Shown here: positions 27,513 through 39,217 of the stretch, in pieces
Numbering within the stretch: position 1 is the first letter of the stretch
Layout of the letters: every line of letters begins with the position of its first letter
Translations under genes and position numbers: made by a program
Assembly (NCBI RefSeq): GCF_002105155.1
Contig: NW_019028981.1
Span: 1,116,001-1,180,000, forward strand
DNA: 64,000 bases
Direction of reading: 5' to 3'
Origin: Lobosporangium transversale
Taxonomy: Eukaryota
The notes under the pieces: model-generated
What the model was told of the DNA's origin: nothing
Database searches by the model: none
What the model saw: the letters and a program-made list of their open reading frames with translations, nothing else

Positions 27513-28742
27513 ATGGATCCTGCCCCACCAAGTGCAGGTTCACCGACAGAGACTTCTCCTCAACCCTCTTCACCACCAACAGAGCCTCCAGTAACGACCG
27601 AACCCCCAAAGCCCCCTACCACATCCAACCCTCCTTCACCTCCAGTCACAACCGATAATCCTTCACCTTCTGAACCATCACCTGAAAAACCAGTGCCAAG
27701 CGAAAACCCCAATCCTAACCCGAATCCCAACCCCAATCCTAATCCCAATCCTAATCCTAATCCTAATCCAAACCCCAATCCTGATCCTAATCCTAACCCT
27801 GGACCTCCACCATCACAGCCCTCAAGCGGTGGAGGAGGAGGGAATGGTGATAATACGACCAGAGGTAGTAAGAACCCTCCTAAGACGAGTGCTAGCAGTG
27901 TAATAGCGCCCAGTCCTGGAAGCAATAATGGAGGCAATACCGATGGAGGGAGGAACAACAGCGGTACAGTCGATGATAAAAATAGCTCAAAGTCATCGGT
28001 GATCGGTCCCCTGATTGGAGGTATTGCTGGAGTTCTTGTGCTTGCACTCATAGTTGGCATCTTTGTCATGCGGTATCGGAAGAAGAACAAGGCTAGAAAG
28101 CGTCGGCTCGACATCTTACTGGATTCGCATGGGCAAGGTCATGATCAAGTTCAGGCTTTAGGACTAGGAGGTGGACCCTCAAATGCTACTGGTAAACCAA
28201 GGCCTAGCTCTGCTCATAGCTCTGTTGCAAGGCCATCGACACATTTGGAGATGAGTGGTACTGGAGCCGCTATTGGAGCGGGACCAATTGCCGGCGCTAT
28301 GCACCTTGCGAACGATGGATACGACATCTACGACTATAACCATCAAGGCTATCCACCCAATAATATGCCATATAATGGTTATCAGGACCAGTATGAACAA
28401 TATGACCTTTATGATCCATACTATCAACAACCTATGCCTCCTACGCAAGCTCCAGGCGGAGGAATGGAAGCCGGAGGGGCCCAGTTGCCGGCCGTTGGCT
28501 ATTATCCAGATTCAACAGTAGCATATCAGCAGCCTGCTCACGGACCGGGGTCTCCATCCATGACACATTCCTCGAGCGCATCGCCACCAAAATCATACCC
28601 TCATCCTCCTCCACCACAACAACCGATTTCAGCGAGTGAGACATACGAGCCGTTCAATAAGATCGAGACTGGAGATTACACCAACAGCCAATCGCCTGCA
28701 CGTAATCCACAGACAATTACAGGGGATCAAGGCAAGATGTAA
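27513..28742 (+). CDS. Single-pass membrane protein with Pro/Ser/Thr-rich N-terminus, (NP)n repeat and Tyr/Pro-rich tail
   Basis: TM segment VIGPLIGGIAGVLVLALIVGIFVM followed by the basic stop-transfer RYRKKNKARKRR; C-terminal SPARNPQ; ATG at 27513. Confidence 0.8.
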   Translation: MDPAPPSAGSPTETSPQPSSPPTEPPVTTEPPKPPTTSNPPSPPVTTDNPSPSEPSPEKPVPSENPNPNPNPNPNPNPNPNPNPNPNPNPDPNPNPGPPPSQPSSGGGGGNGDNTTRGSKNPPKTSASSVIAPSPGSNNGGNTDGGRNNSGTVDDKNSSKSSVIGPLIGGIAGVLVLALIVGIFVMRYRKKNKARKRRLDILLDSHGQGHDQVQALGLGGGPSNATGKPRPSSAHSSVARPSTHLEMSGTGAAIGAGPIAGAMHLANDGYDIYDYNHQGYPPNNMPYNGYQDQYEQYDLYDPYYQQPMPPTQAPGGGMEAGGAQLPAVGYYPDSTVAYQQPAHGPGSPSMTHSSSASPPKSYPHPPPPQQPISASETYEPFNKIETGDYTNSQSPARNPQTITGDQGKM

Positions 28743-29644
28743 TTGCTCTGAGATCACCATCTAACTAGTTTGGCATGAAGAATAAAAAAAAATAAAAAAA
28801 AAAAAAAAATGTGGCCGTGGGTCATCTTGCACACTATTTTCCCCTTAGTGCTTGTTTTTTGTCATAATGATGCAGGTAGACAAGTTAACCTCTAATGGTG
28901 TCACGAAACAAAAAAGATGTAGATCAAGGCAAAGACCCCAAAATAGGCTCTTAAGCAAGGTTTTCAAGGTTTTAATGTTTTATATCATTTCAGCATCATC
29001 TTATTACCCTTGCACAGAAAATCATTTGAACGCTCTGTAAAATCGGACCACATGCACAAACACAAAAATTAAGGAAAATTCCTTGGAGGATGATGGTATA
29101 GACCTAATATTTCTCCTAGCTCTTTATACCATATTTTTAATAAGCAGTATTGGATTAAAATAATACAAAAGCATCGTCTAGACTTTTCTTCCCTTACCAT
29201 AGTGATGACAATGAGTGCTGGTCGAACTTTAGACAGAAGCTAGTTGATTAAGAGATTTATTTTTGAGACTTGTTAGTCCTGGCCTGGGGAAAAGGGTACG
29301 CACGGTTAACTGACATCGCTTGAATACAGATACTTGGATTACCAGAAATGTCATGTTGTTTAACGTTGATTTTGCTGATGAAAAACCCCTTTTATTGAAT
29401 CAATGGATCAGATACAAATGGGAATCCTTTTAATCTTTGCAAAGACTAACTTCTGGTCGTCCTTTATTTAGAATATAAAGGGTCACTTTTTCATTCAGAA
29501 CGCGTCGATTGCCAAGTAATTTGGTCAATTTAAGGGCCTAAAACAGAAGTATCCCGCCTTATGTGTAATTTGCGGGATACTCTGGAGCAGGATCTTACGA
29601 GCTATAAGACCGAAAGGGACGAGGAAATACAAACCACACAACCT

Positions 29645-29683
<39 letters not shown>

Positions 29684-30910
29684 AACTTTAACCACGAGTT
29701 TAACATTTGTATGGTTTTATGATAGGACGTTCGTCCGATAATGCTGGCCATTGTTGAAGAAATAATTCAGAAAAGATTGCTATTGAACTTTTCGATGATA
29801 AATTAACATTTTTCTTGGTACACCCCTACGACGATTTTTTTATTTTTTTTTACCTCCTCTTTCATTTTTATCTCTCTTCACCTCTTAACTTGTATGTCAA
29901 CCATCCTGTCCATGTTCCCACTCCGATAGCAAGATAAAAGAAACAAAAAATACAAAAAAATGGAATTTCAAAAATATTTCTATAGGCTGGATAACAGCTC
30001 TCCTGGGTTTATCGAGTTCAACGAAACAGTCTTTGAAATGTCTGTATGCTATCGAGCACCTGGACATAGTCCATTCGCGACTCATGACAGAGACAAAGGC
30101 ATGGAAAAACGATTTCTTGCATTGCACTGGCGATTGTTGTTCCTTGGTATCACGTGTCCATTTCCCGTCTTTTTAGGGGACCCACACGGGATCGATTCGT
30201 GGTGTCGTCGTGAACAGTGTCCTATTCAAGTTTCTAATGAGATTCAGCTTGCATAGTAACATATCTAGACTGAGTAGTAAATATCTGCATTAATGTTCAC
30301 TATAACTACTTTTTTACAAAGGACGACCATCACGGAGATATTCGGCCGATACCATTATCCTGACCAGCGATACTATACTATCTCTATATGCAGACTTCGG
30401 AACATCATCGCGCACTTGGATTCGATTCAGAGAGTCAATAGCGACCTAGTATATATAAACAATGTCTTGATCTTTTGTATATGTGTTTGTGTTTGTGCAG
30501 GGTTGCACCATTGTACTAATATCTCGGATAATTTTACAATAGGATATCCTCTCAACAATGTTGGCTATTGCTGAGAAACGTATCAATCTTAAAACCGGTT
30601 TCCTCCAGGTTTAGGTTTCACTTTTTATTTTACATGTGTCCCAATTAATACTTGTGTTCATTGTGCTACATCATTTGGTTCGTGTATGCAAATGTGTTCC
30701 GGCCATCCTCATGTCCATGTGGCACAAGTTTTTAGTCGCCGCCCAAAGGCAAAAGTGGAGTACTTGTATACAATTGCTCATTCTCATCTCAAAAGAACAA
30801 TTTCATTTCATTCACTACCTTTTCATACCTTCTCATTCCTTGTTTTCATTCAACTTTATTCGCTTGTCATTCATCATCTTATCCTACACTGTTGAAAAAC
30901 ACCGGACTCC

Positions 30911-32787
30911 ATGGCATCTCCAGCATCTCCTCTATCCCCACCAAAAGTACTTATTGTTGGTGCAGGTGTCGCAGGCTTGTTGCTAGGAGCTTTGCTTGAG
31001 CGTGCCAAGATCCCCTATGTCATCTTCGAACGAGCAGCGACTGTAAAACCGCTAGGTAAAGAAGAAGAAAAAAAAAAACAACGTTCACCGGAACATTCAA
31101 CGTTTATTTTGAACCCCTTTCTGCGTGTGCAGTCACTAAAGCTATTTGAACCAAAAAAAAATAGGCGCCATCATGTCAGTCAATGCAAGTATCCTCCCCG
31201 TATTCGAACAAATTGGAATCTATGATGATTTGATGAAGTTCAGCTACACAACGGATGGGATGTACATCTATGACGAGAACCTGAATTTGATTCGCCACAA
31301 CAGTAATGAGGGTGTCAAAGAAGCGTATGTTATATGAAGCGATAATTGAGGATGTATAATATATTGAATAAGAACGAGCGCATTGGAGTCAAGCATATGA
31401 TTTTGTTAATTCTTCATCCTAACCTTTTTCATTTCATTATATCTATAGAATCGGCTATGGTCCCCTCGTCTTCTCTCGGCCCAAATTTTATGACCTCCTT
31501 CTCGCTCAGATCCCAACAGATAAGATTCATTTCAACAAAAAGGTTGTTTCGATCGAACATGGTGAAGAAATCGAAAAAAATCCATTCGGTTCCCATGTCA
31601 AGATTGTTTGTGCTGACAACACATCCTATGAAGGCGATATCCTCGTAGGCGCGGATGGGACTTATTCTGCAGTTCGCCAAAGCCTTTACAAGGACTTGCG
31701 GGAGAAAAACTTGTTACCAAAGAATGATATGCAAGCTTTGAAGATCGGATATCTCACCATGGTTGGCACCACAGACCCATTAGATGTCAATACTTACCCA
31801 GAACTTAAGGATGATTTCTCACACTTTCATTTTGTGATTGGAAATGGAAAACCTCACACCGTAATGCTTCTTTATTTGCATTTTTATCTGGAGATGACAT
31901 GAAGGCGGTCTAATTTTAGTTCCCTAATCCCAGTATTAAAAACTTGTATCTTTTTTTTTTTCCCCGTATTAACTGATCTTCCAGTGGCACACATTCACGG
32001 TTCCAGAGAACAAGATGTGCTGGGGAGTCCAGGTTCAATTGACAAAGGATGCTGGATCTGAGGACAAATCAGCTCGAGATGAGGCCGAATGGGGACCTCA
32101 GGGCACAGAGGCAATGATCAAAGAGGTTCGTGATTTTACAACTCCTTATGGTCCATTGGGTAAAATCATTGATGCTACTCCAAGAGAACGGATTTCCAAG
32201 GTTTATCTCGAAGAAAAACTATTCGATACTTGGCACTACGGTCGCACTGTGCTTATTGGTGATGGTAATAAAAAAAAAAAGAAAAGAAAAGATAAATATT
32301 AAAATATGTAATTTAATGTAATTTAATGTATTAGGAAAGATGCGAATTCTGAGATCTCTAAAACTCACCTATTTGAGCTTTTTTTTTTTTTTCAGCTGCC
32401 CATAAGATGTCGCCTAGTCAGGGTCAAGGTGCTGTGAATGCTCTAGAAGATGCAGTGATTCTTGCCAACTGCCTTTATGATATTGCAGAGACACCCACAT
32501 ATCAAAACATTACCGAAGCCTTTAAGGAATACAAGGAACAGCGCTTTCCCCATGTTAAATTTCATTTCCAGGACAGCGCCATGAAGGCTCGTCTTGTCTT
32601 TGGCCAGACATGGTCCGATCAACTGTTGAGAAAAATCTTTGTTGGATATATGCCACAATATGTTCGACTCAATGAAATCATAAAAGCCGGTACCTATAAG
32701 CCCCAATGCCTGTTCTTACCCTTGGCACCTAAACGTGGTACAAAAGACCCTCTCCCTCAAAAGCCTCTCAAGAGGAAGCTCCTATAA
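30911..32787 (+). CDS. FAD-dependent monooxygenase (flavoprotein aromatic hydroxylase type), multi-exon
   Basis: KVLIVGAGVAGL (GxGxxG), ILVGADGTYSAVRQ (DG motif), GRTVLIGD|AAHKMSPSQGQGAVNALEDAVILAN (GD motif); GT-AG introns between ORF pieces. Confidence 0.9.
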
Positions 32788-33262
32788 AAGCCTGCAGCCA
32801 GCTCTTCTAGGCAAGAAATTGAAGTGAAATAAACCAAAGCAAATATAAAAAGTATGTCTTCGCTTCGGTAAATATTGTCTGATAAGTAAAAATGGCTAAT
32901 CTAAAGGCGACTCCTACTGCCAAGTCCTAGCGGAGCTAAACAAACGAGATGCGAAAGTTTTACAGGTAAAACAAGGAATGGAGGCCAAATAACGCTAAAC
33001 AGATTGCCAGGAAAACCATGAGGGTGTTGACAGCTACCAAAGAGAGTCTTCAAAGTTGCATCTATTTCTTGTTTACTGTAAAAACTCTCGTATCTCGCTC
33101 ACTGAGAACAATCTTGTGTTGATGAGAAGCACCGGAGTTATTGTTGAACTTGTTGACATCCAACAAAAAAAGGTTCACCACTGTAGATCAATGTCCTTTT
33201 TGATCATGATATCCAACTACAATCCAGTGACAGAAACGGCTAGAGACGCATCAACGTATTTA

Positions 33263-33591
33263 TGCGATCCTAATACTTCCTGTCTATTGACGTTTTTATT
33301 GAGAGAAAGCCCACCAATTAAAGGCGGATTTTGTTTGAAAGACTGAATAATAACCCCCCGCAAATAACTTCATTGTTTGGCAGCCCAGTTGCCACCCAAG
33401 TGTGAAGTTAAGTGGCTGTTCCAAAAAATAGGCTGCCAAATAATGGCAAAATTACCACATGTATTAAGTATGGGCTGCCAATAATATTTGGCACCTGGGT
33501 TGCAAAAACAAAAAAATCGTAGCAAAGGGTGGTTTCGATCCACCGACCTCTGGGTTATGAGCCCAGCGCTCTTCCTCTGGGCGACTTTGCT
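33263..33591 (+). repeat. 329-bp unit (tRNA-iMet plus 257-bp 3' trailer), copy 1
   Basis: Identical by eye to 54015-54343, same orientation. Confidence 0.9.
33520..33591 (-). tRNA. Initiator tRNA-Met (CAT), copy 1
   Basis: Minus strand AGCAAAGTCGCCCAGAGGAAGAGCGCTGGGCTCATAACCCAGAGGTCGGTGGATCGAAACCACCCTTTGCTA: A1-T72 pair, CAT anticodon, ATCGAAA T-loop typical of eukaryotic initiators, followed by a T7 terminator. Confidence 0.95.
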
Positions 33592-33606
33592 TTTCACGAT
33601 ATTTTG

Positions 33607-33981
33607 TGAAAAAATCACTGTCTTAAGAACCGGGGGGTTATACTGAGATGCCCTTAAAAACCGCAACGAGACGCAAATACATAGAACACACTGAAGTGTT
33701 GTACCAAGATAAAGGTCTTTATTAGTTTATGATACATATAATACTATACAAGTAACTAGTGCTGAGATCAATGAGGTTGCATACCTGAAGTGTTGTACCA
33801 AGATAAAGGTAAGGAACACTTCAGGGACGGAGAGTCCACTATTTATTATAGCGGGGAGGATCGGGTGGCTGAGCTCACGTCCAGGCAGGACGGGGTGACC
33901 ACTATAGGTATACCTCTGGTCCTACCTACCATGACGTCACTTGTTATAGGACGTGAGCTTAAGTTGCCTCGATTTAGGACA
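33607..33981 (-). mobile_element. Solo LTR-like element (375 bp), copy 1, TSD TTTG
   Basis: TG...CA ends; reverse complement of 54352-54726; TTTG at 33603-33606 and 33982-33985; 15 nt from the tRNA 5' end. Confidence 0.85.
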
Positions 33982-34115
33982 TTTGTCGTAGAGCATCTAC
34001 TAGTGATCTCTGGAAACTAGTAGGTAATGATGAAAAATGAAGAATTGGGCAAGAGCCTCGTGGTTTTGGGATACGATAGTGATCCTAAGTAATGCTTTGA
34101 ATGATTTTGAGGATG

Positions 34116-34239
34116 CTGCAAAAGGGCATCGATAATAAGAAGAGAGATCTTTAATAACTGCTAATTTTCTGAGAATTCATAATGAGAATAATGAAGATAA
34201 ACTCACCTGCAAAAGGGCATCGATAATAAGAAGTGAGAT
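34116..34239 (+). repeat. 33-bp direct repeat pair
   Basis: CTGCAAAAGGGCATCGATAATAAGAAG(A/T)GAGAT at 34116-34148 and 34207-34239. Confidence 0.85.
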
Positions 34240-34898
34240 GCCGTTTTTGCAGTGAAGGAAAAAGCTACTTAAATACTATTTAAAAATGGTAGAAAATAGG
34301 ATGATAGGAAATAAATAAATTGAAAGGAAATACATATTTAGGTAATGAATAGGCGTCATTTACGACAATTTTGCCTGAGTTAGAAAGCTATTTATTACCT
34401 TAATATTATGCCGTGCGGTATGTTAAGGGGTATATCTAATTTTTAGGACCTACCCTGTCCCTCTCTCAAGTTAGCTGGATTGTATACATATCAACCTGTG
34501 GTCCTCTATCGTTAAGAAGAAATAGCTGGATGCTATGCATCACAACTCGCTTTTCAAGTTGGGAATTTTTTTTTCTGATTCCACCAAAGTTTCTTTGTGA
34601 CCCTGCGAAACAAAAATTATTTTTTACGTTGTGGTTGTGGTGTTCATATACCTGGCGAAGTAGCGTATGTTAGTGCATGGCTCTTTGAGTTGTGGAAATA
34701 CCCTTTAGAGAGTAGATGAAAGAGTAAAAGCAGAGTTCTTTGTGCATCTCTGGAAGTGGTTCTCTTCACTAGTAAAGTCTTTTCTAAGGGTGATATAAAA
34801 TTGGAATGGTATCAGCGCTCCTCGCCTTCCCAACCGTCCTCCAACTTTGCTCACTATCTACTATCAACTGTAAATAAAAAAAAAAGCTTCAGCTTGCG

Positions 34899-37098
34899 AT
34901 GACATCCAAGTTACTGTCCTCTTTTCGGAGTACTGTCTGCTCAATATCCAGGACCTATTTAGCCTTCAGGAGCAAGCCAATCTCTTTGTATCCACCTCAG
35001 AGACCTTTAAGTGTCCCATACCCTTTTGCCCCCCAATGGGGCATGCCATCTTTATATTTATCCAGAACGAGCTCATATACTCAGAGCTTCAGTTTTACAA
35101 CATCTAAGATTACCTTGATATCAGGAACAACATACTCTCCTCATTTCTGTCTTCGAGCCCAAAATATGCTTGTCTCAGCCTCGCCTAGTAGACTAGTAGT
35201 AGTAGAGCCTATCCTCGCCCCTGCTTCTGTCCACAGCCGCTACTTTCACAGATGTCTGTCGCGCTCATTTCACAGCTCCGTCCGGTCTAATTTCTCTGCT
35301 CAGTCTGTACCTGAAGCACTCACGCTCTTCAAGACCGCTGAAGGCGCTAATGCCTTGATTGCTCTCAGCATGGCGTCCTCTACATTGTATTTCCTGCCTT
35401 ACAAGAAGTGGTTCCAAAAGAGTACTTGGTCACGCCGTCTGTTCGTGTCTTTCCCTATCTTCCTTATAATACTTCTGCTTGTGGTCGTCGTTGAGAGGGC
35501 TCCAAACACAGGCCGATGGCGTTTTTTCCTAACTTACTCACAGGGCTCCCAAGAAGGGGGGAAGGAGCAGAAGAATGAGAACAACGAAGAAAAATACAAG
35601 GAAAAATGGGATGAGGATGGAAAAAAAAGTGAGGAGAAGTTGCAGGAGGAAGCTTTCAATGCTGCCTTTGGAGACCAACTTATTAAGGATCCGAATGATG
35701 AGCGTGTTAAACTAGTGGAGCATATATTCAAAAACTTGGTGGAAGGCGCAATCCATGAAGACGGAGTCACGCTCAAGTCATTTCTGTGTGACCTCAGGGA
35801 AATCGAGGCCCCTAAGGGCTACGAGAGAGCTGGCTCAGCAAAGGTAGAGTGTTGTGAATACAATGGCGAGAATAACACGAAAACCATCATCATTACTAGT
35901 GATGGAAGTAGCCCTGACCTTGCCGATCCTAAATCGGACACTATTACAGAACCGGAAGGTAGACATCAGAAGAAGCCAAGGGATGCAATACGTATCAACG
36001 TCTCAAAAGACGGTGAGCCCAATGCAGTAACCCTGCCTAATAGAAGAATTATCGTCTATGATGGGTTGCTGAAAATGGTTAATTACAATGAAGACCTTGT
36101 CGCTGCTGTAATAGCACATGAACTTGCTCATGTGATCCAGGACCATATCCAAGAGAGCAAGGGACAGCAGACACTTTCCCATATCCTCAGTAGTAAGTCA
36201 TTGCATCCAGCTTTGGCACTGTACTTCTTTAAGATACTGTACCGGTCCTAACTTATACTACCTTTCTTTGGTCACTTTCTTATTTGCTGTTGTAACTTAA
36301 GTGGGCGTCTTTGGAGTAATATGGGCCAAGCTCAAGTGTTTAGGGCCTTTTGCTACCAACCTGGTGGGCAATCTACTTCCAACGGCATTCAATAGCGCCT
36401 TAATAGCCAACCATTGGCGTCAAGGAATTGAACGCGAGGCTGATATGGTTGCACTTAGGATCATGGCCTGTGCGGGTTATGACCCTATCCATCTTGCTCG
36501 CTTCTTTGATATCCTCGCCCGGCTTGAAGAGTACAAACTCTTGCAATACTCGGAGCAAGAAGGGCTGTTCTATCCATCAAGAGACTGGAGGGTTGCGACA
36601 AGACACATGGCATTCCCTGTATCTATCAATGCTGATGCCATGTCTGATGGTCGGATTGCATTGCCAACCGATGGATTATGGCAGCCTGATTGTTTCCCTA
36701 TAATAGGCTTTGGCGACCTTCACGAAAGACTTTGGGACCATTCTTCTTTCTCACCCTCCGCTTGGGATTCTATCGCAGCCGCAGTAATTCAAGAGGGCGT
36801 AGAGCACAAGGATTTCAGTTTGTTTTTATCGACATCCTCCCTCTCGATGGAGGAACAGAACAAAGTCCTCAAGGAACACGCAGAGTCGCGTTGGTGGGAG
36901 AGCACCCATCCTGGCCCTCGGAATCGACAGCAATATCTTACTAAGGCCATGTATGATGTCCGTGAAAAGTTTAGAAAATCTGAAAAGTTGCGTGTGGCGC
37001 CCATCATGCGCTTCTTTTCCAAGGAATGGGACCAAAGGCAGAAGCATATCATTGCCGCCATGAGTATAGACTGCAAAAGGGAGGAGAACAGGGATTGA
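34899..37098 (+). CDS. OMA1-like mitochondrial M48 zinc metallopeptidase; intron 36193-36301
   Basis: Presequence-like N-terminus, TM segment, ERAPNTGRWRF, PNAVTLPNRRIIVYDGLL, VIAHELAH (HEXXH), EREADMVALRIMACAGYDP, STHP. Confidence 0.85.
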
Positions 37099-37415
37099 CC
37101 AAGAAATGAAAGTACTTAGGCTTGAGACTCGAATAGCAACGGCATCAAAGTTTATGCTTCAATAAATCATCAATAACAAGTAAAATATACCTAGTCTTCT
37201 ACGAATCCTGAGAACACATAAATACGTGTATATGAGCACTTTGGCTTTGGGACATGGTTAACATGATTAACGATTAACATGCTTAATCAAAAAGGAAAAA
37301 CATGCACAGATGTATGTGAAATGTATTGTTTTAATAGTTTGTAGGAAAAAAAAAAAAAAAAAAAAAAAACGATTCATACTAATTCTAAGTAAATGCTTCT
37401 TCTTTCATCTTTTTT

Positions 37416-38805
37416 CTACTCCTTCATGACATAGGGGTCGGCACCTCCAGTCTTAGCAACTAACTCTCTTGGCATAGCCTCCACTAATTTGGGGTCGACG
37501 GTGGGGAAGGGGAGGGGTAAGGTATCAGCAGGCGCAATCTTATTACCGCGCTTCTTGACTGCGTCTCGAACCTTGACAAACTGGTCGTCGACGCCAGGTA
37601 CACTGCCCTTGACATAAATCAAGTTCAAAGCGTTATCGATTTTCATGACCTTGAGCGATTGGACTGTAGCCTGGTCTCCTCCCATGCGTCCAGCCATTTT
37701 CTTCCCCTTGAAAACCTTGCCGGGATCTTTACGCTGACCAACCGAACCCAACGATCTGTGTGTGAGAGAGGTACCATGCGATGCTGGTTGACCCCCAAAA
37801 CCATGTCTCTTCATGGCTCCCTGGAATCCCTTGCCAATACTGCCATGTTAATTATTAATATATATTTTCATCCAATTCAATCCAGTCCGGTCAATCCAAT
37901 CCAGAGTTAGTCGATTCCACACAAGAGCACAAGGGTAGGCAACATCAAGATGGGCATGATTAATACTTTGAAGAAATAAAGGATGGATATAGCTGCAACA
38001 TCCTGTTGATGGGACAGACTTACGTTGGTGCTGAGCAGTCAACATACTGACCAGGAACAAAGTGTGAAGCAACAAGCTCAGTGCCGACAGGTAGAACAGC
38101 ATCGGGGGTAACATGAAATTCAAACAGTTTGCGCTTTGGCTCGACACCTGCCTTCTGGAAATGGCCCAAGTTAGGCTTGTTGACGTTCTTTTCTGAGCGA
38201 TCTGAGCATCCAATCTGCAAAGCTGTATATCCATGTGTTTCCTCATTCAACACCTGAACAACTTGGCAATCCTCAATCTAATATAAGTGTATTGTAACAC
38301 CTCAGAACGAGGAGACAGAAAGTCAGTTTGGTGGCGCTGGTGAGGTACTTTCCTTTATCCAAGCAAGCAGTAATATGGCTATTATAGAGACATGAAAAAA
38401 GAGAAAGCCCATATGGATTTTCTACTTCCTCCTGCTTTTATTATATCCACCGTACCTGAAGGACAGTAACGGGTATCCGAACACCCCATTCATCCCACAT
38501 GGCGGTCATGCCCTTCTTCCTTGCAATAACTCCCGCTCTTAATGAATTATCTAGAATTAATTTGAAAATATGACAAAGAATTATTAACTGATTCAAGATT
38601 TCAATGCATTCATCCCTTTACTCTCTTTCAAGAGCTTTTTTCAAAGGGATCATTCCAGTTTGTGTGGGGTCGATGTTGAACGATTGGTTTAAACATAATT
38701 TCCCTTACGAGTCCATGTGGCGGGTTGTGCGGCTGCGGTGACAAGTGGGCGGCATTGTGCGCGAAGGCTAAGGCTAATTCGAACAGAGGAAAGGAGTGAG
38801 GCCAT
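37416..38805 (-). CDS. Mitochondrial ribosomal protein uL3m, 4 exons
   Basis: [93 protein letters not shown]. Confidence 0.92.
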
Positions 38806-39217
38806 TATCTATTTTCTTTTTTCGGTTGTGTTGAATGAATGGAAGAAGCTCAACAGACGGACGGGTCTTGCGCTTGATTCGGCATAAACAAATTCAAGGC
38901 TAAGCCACACACCAGATCAAGCACGTACCTGACTGACCTAAAGGTGATACTTTTTATCTTTAATTGCAGCAATAGCAAACAGAGTAGGGTTGGCAGGACA
39001 TTGACCCATTTCAAGAGAGTAAGCTGTTAAGTAGTTATCTCGCCTTTGTTCATAATGTTGCTTGCATGGTTGATAGCAACCAAACCCTTGTGACTGCTGA
39101 GCAGATCAATCGCGCAGTTGGATGTCAAACGCTATTTGACTGCTTAACTGTTATTACTATTTTACAAGATTCCCTTCATCCACATTTCCTTTCCATTACA
39201 TTCAAATAATAAAGAAA
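38806..39217. promoter_or_regulatory. Probable bidirectional promoter between uL3m and the ketoacyl synthase
   Basis: Head-to-head ATGs 412 bp apart; no specific motif identified. Confidence 0.45.

Noticed and set aside
27560..28114. Antisense Gly-Leu repeat ORF and other antisense ORFs over real genes
   Set aside because: Shadow frames of supported genes on the opposite strand.
33691..33824. 26-bp direct repeats with a spacer, superficially a mini CRISPR array
   Set aside because: Only two copies, both internal to the LTR-like element; eukaryotic context and no cas genes.
33790..34020. Duplicated short ORF MLYQDKGKEHF... (also 54349-54543)
   Set aside because: Lies within the LTR copies, has a non-ATG start and no gag/pol similarity.
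34116..34239. 33-bp direct repeat pair as CRISPR or TSD
   Set aside because: Two copies 91 bp apart with nothing element-like between them; best read as a local duplication.
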